From the NCBI GenBank assembly GCA_000708835.1, contig DF237175.1, positions 70,931-134,930 on the forward strand: a stretch of DNA of 64,000 nucleotides. The letters are read 5' to 3'. A model generated the notes under the pieces. That model was not told where the DNA came from. It did not search any database and saw only the letters and a program-made list of their open reading frames with translations. Position 1 is the stretch's first letter. Each line of letters opens with the position of its first letter. Below, piece by piece: positions 52,462 to 61,827 of this stretch. The translations under genes were made by a program, and so were the position numbers. Origin of the DNA: Klebsormidium nitens. Its lineage: Eukaryota; Plantae; Klebsormidiophyceae.

Positions 52462-53534
52462 TTATCTCCTTGACAGCACTCTCTTTAGTTGCTCCACCCC
52501 CTGAGAATGGTTTGTTCGCCGGACTATCTCGTACCTTTCGTAGATCTCTTTGAAAATTTTTTCCTGCTTTTCTGCAAGTTCCTTTTCCTTCTTGGCGTTC
52601 ATCTGCAAACAGTGGTAAGCAAGTAATCATTCTAACATACTATTGGTTTCAGATCCATCGCCCATAGGTTGGCACTGAGGGCGGGCCCAAGCATCTGTGT
52701 ATTACCACCTTCAAGCTCTGCAACAGCCCTTTTGAAGTGTTCCAATCGCTGAACCCAACTTACATTCTAATCATGTCATTATGCACATCGAATGATGCTG
52801 ATACTTTTCCGATTTGTTCTCACCGTTTGTATACGAAAAAGACAAGTACGTGCCCCAAGCTGGCTGCTGAAAGTTTCTTCTAATCATGAGTGAAAGTTGC
52901 CGCGTGCATTACCGACCTTTTTGAGCACAGCGCGCTCCGCCTGCTGCCGCCGGTGCAGCTGCCTCCACTTCATTGCAAACTCCAGCTCAAGAGCGTCTGA
53001 GGACCTCCCCAAAAGCTTCACAGGAAGAGGTGCCGGTTCCTGCACGGTATCTTCCTCCAGGGGCAACTGCGACTCGTCAGCGATGCACGCCATGATTGGC
53101 CGCGGCATCCCCCCGACCATGTACAGCTTCTCAGTCGTTTCCTGGATTACTTTCCTGGCCTGCTCCTCAGTCCCAAACCGAACCAAGGCTGTTCCTATGC
53201 ACTCTGGATTGCGGCTTGAATCCAGGTAGTTTCTGGCAATGTAGACGCTCTCTACTTTCCCAAACTGAGCAAAAGCACTGTAAAGAACTTCTTCCGTTCC
53301 TACTGTTGGTGGCACGTCCTGGACGGACACCGTTCGCCTTGCTTTCTGTCGCCTACCGGACCTTGGGGACAGAGGGGGTGGTGGAGCTACATCCTGTGGA
53401 AGGGGAGGAGTTTCCGCAGGCGGGGGTGGAGGCTCTTCAGGAGGGGGCATTAGGGGACCTTGGCCTTCCGTGGGAAACAATTGCGGTATTGAGGAATAGT
53501 AGCCGCCATAGCTGGTGGACGCAGAACCGTCCAT
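52462..53534 (-). CDS. AIPP1: RRM protein resembling AIPP1/EDM3
   Basis: RTVSVQDV...AFAQFGKVESVYIARNYL...LYMVGGMPRPIMACIA resembles AIPP1 (FGTVKKVQFIPNYL...FMVAGMPRPVRACAA, from memory). A second exon, 52602-52462, reads MNAKKEKELAEKQEKIFKEIYERYEIV...SRR*. Confidence 0.65.
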
Positions 53535-54918
53535 TGGACAACAGTCAGACAATGCCACTTTGCTTCAGGCGAGATTGAGAGGAACTGTTGAAAGGATCTC
53601 AGAACTTGAAGGGCGCTACGGACGAGGGAGGGCCAGGGCTAGGATAAAACATTCGCTCACTCTCATGTTGTCGCTTGGCATGAGTGTCAGGCCGAAGCTC
53701 AAAATGCCGCACCCGGTCCCTAGCTTTCTTCTTGTTGAAAACCTGACGAAGTGGCGACCACAAATTAAATACGTCAGTAAGAAACCGGCACAATGCCGTG
53801 CGCACCGGAGCAGCGCATCCTGTGCAACTGCATATTCAGAGACGGCAGCAACCGTCGTCGGATTGGACGGGCAGGTCGCCAGGTTGGAAAGTCCTTAGGC
53901 TTCAGGCTTTACGCTGCGCAGCATCCTGGGCCCGGAGGTTGGGAACTCCCTTTCAACTTTCACACATGTCCATTCATTTGAAGCACTTGGTGCTCATCAA
54001 GCGCAACAGAAGAGCAGGATTCTACAGCTATGCCAAGCTATTCCAAGCTGCAACTTCTTCAGTGTTATTCCTGCATCCAGCAGAGCGCTCACTGCACTAC
54101 TGCCAGAGCGACCTTCCAGAGGGTTCCTGAATGTTTGCTCTAATGCGGCGTTTCGTCCATGCTGGAAGCCTTTCAAGGGCTTCAATTTGGGAAGTGCTGC
54201 AAGCATGGGCTGCCAGAGCAGCTGAAAAGCTTGAAGCAACTTCCAAGCTATGGGCGGCAGATGATCTACGGCCCTGCAACTCTGAGATCAGTTGGGGGAA
54301 CAGTCTCCAAGCTGTGTCTTATTGTCCTGGACACGATAGCGCGAACACTTCAGAAGTAGCCTTGGATTTGCAGGTTTCGTCTTGCGCCGACAGAGTATCA
54401 AAGCAATGGGCAGTAGGACTTGCAGCAAGACTATTAAGCAGGACTTCTTGTCTTTTTGCACCACCACCTTTGGTGGCTTTCAGCCAGCTGATTGAGCCTC
54501 GCTCAGACTATGATTATGGCAGCTTGTACCATAGACCATATACGACTGCGCAGCACACATCCATGGGGTCACCAGATCTCAGATCGTCTGAGCATCAGAA
54601 GCACCATGATGGGATAAGAGAGGAAGAAGCAACGACAGTGAGCTGCCCTTGATCTTGATTTTTCTACGGTATGATTGTGTGTCGGATCCACATCTCAAAT
54701 ATCTTCAGTTGAAGTTCAAGTTGGTGTAGCAAAGGCTCACTCTTCCTGATTCCATGTCATCTCCACTTTGCAGCACGTCTACGGATGAGAATTGTCAAAG
54801 CTCCTCTGTTCTTGACCCACTTAGCAAGGCCAATATAACCTCTTGCAAATAACGTGCAGTGCTCACACTACCGCAGCGCTTGAGAGCGAAGCCCTAAAAC
54901 GTCATTTCTTTAAAGCAG

Positions 54919-55889
54919 GTGACAACTAAGGTCTGCAGCGATTGCCAGAGGGAGAAAAGCCTGCGGAACTTTACCAGATTGATCAGCAGCCCAGACGGAC
55001 ACCACTTCTTGTGCAGGTCAGCATTTCTGAGGCTTGCTAGCAGTGTATCACCACCGAATAAGTCGGATCGGAATCAATTGGATAGTTTTCGACTTCGTCA
55101 AATGTGCTTGTTCGGTTAAGGTAGACTAATGAATGTGTCAAAGCAAGGAAGAAAAGCAGGGAAGGTTGAGGCTACAGATCTTAGGCTGCCTGCGGTCCAG
55201 AAGCAGGCCTAAGTCATTGCATCCATTCAAAGCTTACTTACAAGACTGCCAGTACGAGGTTGTTCTCCAACACTTCCAGATGACAAGTCTTGATGCCATT
55301 ATTGTACAGAATTCCTAGCAACCGGTTTTTGATCTACAGGGCCTGCAATGCCGAGTGGATTGCTAGGTGTAAGGGTCAGACCTACAAGCACCTAGGGCTG
55401 TCAAGGATGGAGTCCTTGGAGAGGAGCAAAACCTGCAACAGGTGCTTGGAAAGGAAAGAGGCACGCGACTTTTGTTTTGACAGACGCAGCCGGGATGGTT
55501 TGAATGCATTGTGCCGTGCGTGCGACGCTGACAAGTGGGCGAGGTATAGAGGCACTGCTATTCGGAGGCTTTTAGAAAGTCAACGATGTATTCTGTGCGG
55601 CCAAGAGAAACCATCTCTTGAGTATCATCCCAGTTCAAGTCACTCCTCGGGGAGGGACCCTATCTGTAAGTTGTGTCACAAAGAAAGGCAACGCACTCGA
55701 CGCAAAGCTCAGACACTCGGAGTGCCGCATCCTGTAGTTCAGGCCAAGATCTGTGCAAGATGCAATTCACAAAAGAATACAGCCGAGTTTTATAGGCACA
55801 AAGGTATGGCGGACGGTTTGGATCATTGGTGTCGGATGTGTCGTCGACAAAAGCTTGAGAACCTAAAGGAAGACGACATGGTTGCATGA
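54919..55889 (+). CDS. 3' exons of a protein with four C-x2-C-x3-K-x4-F-x7-DG-x4-C-x2-C zinc-ribbon repeats
   Basis: Exon 54919-55016 and exon 55340-55889, joined by a GT-AG intron in phase 2 that restores CRAC. Four repeats have identical spacing. Upstream exons unresolved. Confidence 0.75.
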
Positions 55890-56340
55890 GAATCAATCGG
55901 AGAATCTGAAAGAGGCTAGCATTGAATAACTGTGCTAGCCCCCGCGCAGATCGGATCTTATGCGAACTGACACTTACGGTCGGCCCGAGGATTGAATGTT
56001 CGACAGTGACGTGCCCCCAAGGCAACTGAATCATGGTGACCGCCATCGACATGCTATCAAATAGCTGAAACCAATGATACTTGTTGAGTTATTGTAAGGC
56101 CTGTACGTACTACATGTGCGGCGCATGCATATGCATCAATGATGCATGAGTCTGCCAGTGGCACAGATTTTTTACCCAGGCGCATGCGCATGCATGTTCG
56201 ACTACACTGAACATGGCATGTACATATACTACCTAGTACGTATATATTCATCCCTATAGGCTAGCTAGATCGACCTAGATGAGTCCCGGGCTGAGCACCT
56301 ATTGATAGCTATATACTTGCATATATGCACATAAGGATAC

Positions 56341-56878
56341 ATATTGCACCCGTAAAGGCTTAATTAAAACTTTTATTATTCATGGATAATTAGCGGTAAT
56401 TCTATCCCCTATTTTTTCGCGGGAGGTCTCACTCAAGCCCGCATAAATCGCCGCAAATTACGGATAACGTGGTAATGGTATGTCAAGACTGAATGGTAAC
56501 GGTGAAGTTGCACGTTCTTCACATACTAACATAGCTCAGTCTCCTTAAGTACTAACACACTGCGCGCATTTTTATCAAATTTTTAAAAAATAATGAGTGC
56601 ATACCGTGGTATGTCGCACTAAATGTTATAAACAAATTCTCTTTAAGTGTTAACTAAATTGTTTTTTATATATTAGTTGGAATCATCGCGAAACAATACC
56701 GTATTCTGTTTCACTCCTCAACTATATAGACTGAGATAGCCTTAAGTAGTTTTCGTTTTGTCTCTCGCAAATTCCATGCAAATATCGTGAGACCTCCCGC
56801 GAAAATATAGGGGATAGAATTACCGCTAATTATCCATGAATAATAAAAGTTTTAATTAAGCCTTTACGGGTGCAATAT
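56341..56878. repeat. 92-bp inverted repeat (1 mismatch) around a 354-bp AT-rich spacer
   Basis: 56341-56432 ATATTGCACCCGTAAAGG...GGGAGGTCTCAC is the reverse complement of 56787-56878. Both outer ends are the self-complementary ATAT. Confidence 0.95.
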
Positions 56879-57329
56879 TGTTTTTCGTCACGAAATAACC
56901 GTGCCCACCCATCCACCCTTTGCAAAATTCAATTTTTTTTTGAACTAGATCGGAAACGCTGAACCCGTGTGTGGTAATGGTCTTCACTCCCACATCCATT
57001 ACCGACCCGCGCAGATCCCCGCTAAACTTTTTAGAAATCTTCAATCTAGTTCTTGAGAAATTCGGGGAGACCCTTCCCAAGTGGGGAGCACGGGGAGGGC
57101 ATTTTTTCAAATTTATATAATCATTCACCCCCTTCCAAAATATTTTTTATAAATATGCCCTCCCCGCCCTCCCCGCTCCCCACTTCTCCCTCCCCACTTC
57201 TACAAAAAAAAAAAAAAAAATACATTAAATACTAACACTGAAACTACTGTCTAAATTTAAAAAAAATAATTAAATCTTAAAACTGGACGCGGTTGGATTA
57301 CTCTTTTTTTTCTCTCATTAAATATAAAA

Positions 57330-57710
57330 ATGACAGATCTGAAGAATATTATGCGCCAAATCGTTGTACTTGTGTACAAAGAACAAACTCAGAAGCTCAC
57401 GGTACAAGAATACGGTATACTCAACAAACATTATGAGAATCTCATCACATATGTGATCGATGATAAGAATGTGATTGACACACTTGAAGGTCGAGTCATT
57501 TTAAATGGTCCAGATCTATCAGAATATAACATCAAATATGAAATCTATCTGACACCCGAAATAATCTATCCAAACGCCCTTCTAAACCTCAGAGTCTTTT
57601 ATGAACGAGATACATGGGATCCTGTTCCATTTTCTATGGACGTTAATCGAAAAATAACAATGTCTGATCCACATAATATTCAGGTAAGGCTGGATTGTCT
57701 AGACTGGTAA
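57330..57710 (+). CDS. Hypothetical viral protein, 126 aa
   Basis: Intronless ORF with ATG in TATAAAAATG context, preceded by TCTCATTA. No family recognised. Confidence 0.65.
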   Translation: MTDLKNIMRQIVVLVYKEQTQKLTVQEYGILNKHYENLITYVIDDKNVIDTLEGRVILNGPDLSEYNIKYEIYLTPEIIYPNALLNLRVFYERDTWDPVPFSMDVNRKITMSDPHNIQVRLDCLDW

Positions 57711-57750
57711 AGCGTCGACGAGCACGCTAACAAGTAAAGCCGTTGTTAAT

Positions 57751-58446
57751 CTAAGTAAAATCAGGTTGCCTGAATCCTGTCCCCCGTCGCGTAAAACCCG
57801 CAGTTTGTGCCCCGCCTCCTGATGGTCCTGCTCCGTGTCCTGCTTCGCCTCCTGGGGCTGCTGCTTCCTGAGCCCCTGCTGCTTCTCCTGCTTCCTGAGC
57901 CCCTGTTGCTTTTTCTGCTGCCTCTCTTTCATCAGGTTGACGTGATCTGCGAACTCCCCTGAAACCCCAACTTTCCCATCTCTTCGCAGGAATGACTGGA
58001 CGTTCCATGTAGGACTGAATCAGTGGGAAGTCGACCTTACTAGCCATTATAAAAGCCCACACCAAGTCTACTGCAGAGTATATGATTGCAAATGTGATTG
58101 CCGCTACAACATACGGGGAAACTTGGTTCACTGCATTGGGAATCTCTATTTTCAGCCAAATGCAAGTGGAACTGTCTGCAGTAAAGAAGTATAGTGGAAT
58201 GTATGACTTCCAACCTGTTGACATCCAGACTACACTTTCGCAAAATTCCCTTCGAACACCTTCCAGAGCATAAATTATCCAGCCCTTCGTCCATTCCACA
58301 GTCTTGCTGACTACGTAGATGAACAAACTGTGCAGCCAAAACTGACACCAAGTGATGATCCGCTCAAAAAGCTTCATCCGCACCACACCCGATCTAGAGA
58401 GATTCCACCGTGCGCGATCGCCCATTGCTTGTGTAGGCTGTGCCAT
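57751..58446 (-). CDS. Hypothetical viral protein, 231 aa, with a probable TM segment and Ala/Glu/Gly-rich tail
   Basis: Intronless ORF with hydrophobic VSPYVVAAITFAIIYSAVDLVWAFIMA. Convergent with the 57330 ORF. Confidence 0.55.
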   Translation of the reverse strand: MAQPTQAMGDRARWNLSRSGVVRMKLFERIITWCQFWLHSLFIYVVSKTVEWTKGWIIYALEGVRREFCESVVWMSTGWKSYIPLYFFTADSSTCIWLKIEIPNAVNQVSPYVVAAITFAIIYSAVDLVWAFIMASKVDFPLIQSYMERPVIPAKRWESWGFRGVRRSRQPDEREAAEKATGAQEAGEAAGAQEAAAPGGEAGHGAGPSGGGAQTAGFTRRGTGFRQPDFT

Positions 58447-58601
58447 GGCTTCTCTTCTCTTTGTCTCCTGCTCCTATTTTGTCGAATGAAGGAGAAGTGA
58501 AAGTTGGAGAAGGTCGTTCTTACAAATCTTTACTGGCGTGCCATCGCCTCAACATAATTTGTTCAATCAGACTCGATGTCAAGAAGCCTCCATCTGGCAT
58601 T

Positions 58602-58740
58602 TCAGTCTGTTGACTTTTGTATCAGTCAGTTGACTTTTGTATCAGTCAGTTGACCGCTGCAAACCGCGTGCAACCTCCAAAAGCGGAGTCTACGCCAGCC
58701 CACACAACCTCCAAAAGCGGAATGCACGTGCAACGTCCAG
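58602..58740. repeat. Cluster of short direct repeats between divergent viral ORFs
   Basis: 20-bp TCAGTC(T/A)GTTGACTTTTGTA x2.6 (58602-58653) and 17-bp CAACCTCCAAAAGCGGA x2 (58671, 58705). Confidence 0.85.
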
Positions 58741-58863
58741 CTAGTAAGATCAAACAGAGGCTGCAAGTCCACTGCAAAACCGCTGTCAATTATGGCTACA
58801 TAAAGAAGCTCATTCCACTTCCTGCTCATTCCACATTCAGCATCCTTCTTTTCGTTTCTTGCC

Positions 58864-59388
58864 ATGGCTTCCTTTTCTTCCTCTGGAGATCCAACCTGGA
58901 GGGTCTCTGCCGGACAGGTCGACAGAGACGGGCTCGAGGAGTCTCTTTTTGGGTTCGTGCTAACGAGGTTTCCTGAGAAGATGGTCAGAGACACAAGCGT
59001 ATCGAAATTGGACTACATGAAGTTCTTGTCTTACTGGTACGTGTATGAGGAGCATGAGAATCACTATCTGATCCAACAGATAAGTGAGGGAGTGTTCAGG
59101 TTTGATTCTGTGGTGGAGTTAGACCGATCAGGATGCTACAGGGAGCTCAGTAAGTCGGCAGGCGAACTCCACTCATTGGGTGAATCAACGCTGGAAGTGT
59201 ACCGGTCTAATTATGATTTTGGTGCTCTTTACATCAAGACCATAATGTTTGATTTTGTTCCCACTGGTGAGGATTACAAGAAGGCACACGAGAGGGATGC
59301 TGAGAGGGATGCTGAGAGGGATGCTGAGAAGGAGGAGAAAAAGGAGGGAAAGAACGTGAAGGAGACCGCCAAGAGAGCCAAAAAATAA
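58864..59388 (+). CDS. Hypothetical viral protein, 174 aa, with charged ERDA repeat tail
   Basis: Intronless ATG-TAA ORF containing the 12-bp unit gagagggatgct x3. Confidence 0.6.
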   Translation: MASFSSSGDPTWRVSAGQVDRDGLEESLFGFVLTRFPEKMVRDTSVSKLDYMKFLSYWYVYEEHENHYLIQQISEGVFRFDSVVELDRSGCYRELSKSAGELHSLGESTLEVYRSNYDFGALYIKTIMFDFVPTGEDYKKAHERDAERDAERDAEKEEKKEGKNVKETAKRAKK

Positions 59389-59433
59389 GGTGAGCGTTTG
59401 GCTTCGATATATTTTTATCTCATCAGATAGAAA

Positions 59434-59775
59434 ATGCTAGGTTTGGTAGAATTTGTAAAACTTAAATTTGCTGACGTTGAAAGAGATCTTACTCCAGTCG
59501 AGCAGAAAAGACTTTGGGAACTATGTGAGCAGCTGTTGATATCCTTTGATGAACTCTGTGATTCCGAAAGCTTTGTGGGTGTCAAAGTAAACAACTTAAA
59601 CATGGCATTTCATAGACCAGAAGAGGACTGCTTGTTTTACAGCAGTGACAAGCACCGTCTTGTGTGCACAATGTTCAGAGATCGTATCGATAGCACGCAT
59701 CAATTTATGATTCGAATGGACGAAAGTTCCAAGGAAGTTATTTCTTTTAACCTGACAGACGTTAGCAAGTTTTAA
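59434..59775 (+). CDS. Hypothetical viral protein, 113 aa
   Basis: Intronless ORF preceded by TCTCATCA-GATAGAAA-ATG. Its stop abuts the reconstructed recombinase stop at 59777. Confidence 0.6.
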   Translation: MLGLVEFVKLKFADVERDLTPVEQKRLWELCEQLLISFDELCDSESFVGVKVNNLNMAFHRPEEDCLFYSSDKHRLVCTMFRDRIDSTHQFMIRMDESSKEVISFNLTDVSKF

Positions 59776-59776
59776 T

Positions 59777-61036
59777 TTAAAGTTCAACGATCTCCAGGCT
59801 CAACTGCGCAATCTTTTTTATGCACTTGTCAACCTGCTCACGCAAATCTTTGATCTGTTGCAGTTTGGCGTTCTTCTCGGCTTCCTTTGCTTCCAACTGG
59901 GCGGGTGTAGTTGCGATATTATAGAATCCTTGTATGTCCGCAGAATTTCCCATTTGATAGGCTAGCTCTTCGCGGGCTTTGATGCTAGGATTGGTAGCTA
60001 GATGCTGTGATTTTTAGATGGCGAATTGCATTGCAGCCGATCGAAGACTTTAGGACTCTTTTAAAGGTATTTGTGACACACTTAGAGAAGGTACCACTGG
60101 TGTAGGGATCTTGATTTGTGTTCTGGAATAGCCACTTCCGCTTGTGTTCCATCATGCTTGTTTTAATGATTTCAAATAGAACCCCTGTCAGCTTCACCTC
60201 GTACTTATCATACGTCTTTGCTGTTTTGTAGTTTCCTATGCACATGTCTACGTACTTGTTGCGTGTATTCACAAACATCTTGTTCGGCTCCTCAGAGTTG
60301 TTGAAATCTGCCTGGCTTTTCAAGACCTCCATCTGACAATAGTTTTCAAGTCTTCGTGGCGGAATCAGTGTGTACATGGCAACTAGCAAATGATCCCTGC
60401 TCGCATATTCGTCCTTGCGTAATCGCTTTTCACATTCTAGGACGTCTTTCCATTGAATCGGTTTGCCGTTCAACATGACAGATGCCACACGTGGTGCGTT
60501 GTCTTTTGCAACCTCTTGTGCTGCGCCAGCAGCCTTCATCATCGCATCAAACCATTTCTGTTGAACTGCATCTGTTACCTGCAACGTAGTGTGCTTAATT
60601 AGCGAGACGAACGCTACCAAGTATCCGGTGCGTGAATTCATGTTTGGATAGCGGTTCACAATATACTCAATCACCTTATCCGGTTGATTCACCAACTTTT
60701 GCATGATTTCTCATTGAGACAACGACTAATAAAATTTGTCTTGCGCACGTAGTCAGCCTGCGTGTCCGTTGCAAGGTTTACGTTTGCATCGATCTGTCTC
60801 GACGTGTCTGCAATAGTGACAGTTTTTTCTTTGCCCCTCCCTTTGGCTGCTCTCCTAGGTTTAGGTGCAGGCTTGGGTACAGGTGGTGGTGCTGGTGCTG
60901 GTGCGGGTGGTGGTGGTGCTAGTGCGGCTGCTTTGCTTCGTGTGCTTCTAGATCCCGCCGCAGCACTCGAAGGTTCTGGTTCATCATCGAGACTGATAAC
61001 TTTACCAGCATTTCTTGATGTGCGTGTTCTTGGCAT
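59777..61036 (-). pseudogene. Tyrosine recombinase/integrase of about 420 aa, disrupted by two frameshifts (~60707 and ~60005)
   Basis: Three frames join: MPRTRTSR...TQADYVRKTNFISRCLNEK / IMQKLVNQPDKVIEYI...YTLIPPRRLENY...NYKTAKTY...GCNAIRHLKIT / HLATNPSIKAREELAYQMGNSADIQGFYN...EIVEL*. This gives the R..K..RH..(N)..Y catalytic order of tyrosine recombinases. Confidence 0.8.
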
Positions 61037-61110
61037 CTTTCGTCTTTACTATATGGAAGATATATAAACTTCTGGTTCAATTCCCGCACAAATTATCTCA
61101 TTAAAACTAA

Positions 61111-61350
61111 ATGGAACAGACGAAGGATATTTCTATTGACGAATACAAGGCTATGCACGCTTTGTGTTGCAAGTTCTACTATAAGAATATTCCTGAGGAG
61201 AAGAAAGAGATCATGCGCGAAAGGCAGCGAACTCGGAATCGCGAAAAATACCATAATGACCCAGACTATAGAGCGAGGGTCAAAAATTACATGCACAATT
61301 ACTGCGCTAAAAAGAAGGCAGCAGCATCCGCATCAGAACCAGACGTTTGA
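61111..61350 (+). CDS. Small basic viral protein (79 aa) with KYHNDPDYR motif
   Basis: Intronless ORF preceded by TCTCATTA-AAACTAA-ATG. Confidence 0.6.
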   Translation: MEQTKDISIDEYKAMHALCCKFYYKNIPEEKKEIMRERQRTRNREKYHNDPDYRARVKNYMHNYCAKKKAAASASEPDV

Positions 61351-61382
61351 AGTGCTCGCGTCAAAAACTTTTAATTTTGTGA

Positions 61383-61405
61383 CAAAAGAAAACCATTTAA
61401 AGAAA
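61383..61405 (+). promoter_or_regulatory. Viral upstream motif class I, copy 1
   Basis: CAAAAGAAAACCATTTAAAGAAA; TTAAAGA ends 26 nt before ATG 61430. Confidence 0.55.
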
Positions 61406-61429
61406 TAACACCTAATATAAATAGTAAGA

Positions 61430-61762
61430 ATGGACATCGAGATGTTGACCGCTACAATAAAAGCATTTGCGCTGACCCAAATTGCTGAACACATGGAGAA
61501 GGTCGGACAGAATCTGACCGCATCGAAACAAACCAAGAAGTACAAAGAAGACACAGAGTATGCAGAAAAAGTTCGGACTGCCGCTCGCGAGCGTTTTCAC
61601 AAACTCAGCAAAGAAGAGCGTGACTAGATCAATAAGCGAAGCAATGAACGCTATAAGACAGACCCCGAATACCGTGAGAAAAAGAAACAAAAGGCAAAGG
61701 AAAGATCAGCGAAGGTTCGTGAGGAACGCAGGGCGGCAAAGGCAGCCGCTTCCCAAAAGTAA
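61430..61762 (+). pseudogene. Small basic viral protein (110 codons) interrupted by an in-frame TAG at 61625-27
   Basis: The frame continues after TAG as INKRSNERYKTDPEYREKKKQKAKERSAKVREERRAAKAAASQK*, repeating the pre-stop KYKEDTEYAEK motif. Confidence 0.7.
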
Positions 61763-61782
61763 TTTACATTCCCTTTTTTGAA

Positions 61783-61807
61783 CAAAATGCAAACTACTTA
61801 AAGACAA
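61783..61807 (+). promoter_or_regulatory. Viral upstream motif class I, copy 2
   Basis: CAAAATGCAAACTACTTAAAGACAA; TTAAAGA ends 23 nt before ATG 61828. Confidence 0.65.
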
Positions 61808-61827
61808 TTCATTTTTTATGTTCACAT

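Noticed and set aside
59777-61036. Protelomerase interpretation of the recombinase, given the nearby inverted repeat
   Set aside because: The motif order (PPRR...RH...MGNS...Y) fits classical integrase-type YRs, and the repeat has a 354-bp non-palindromic spacer unlike tel sites. A structure search would be needed to exclude it fully.
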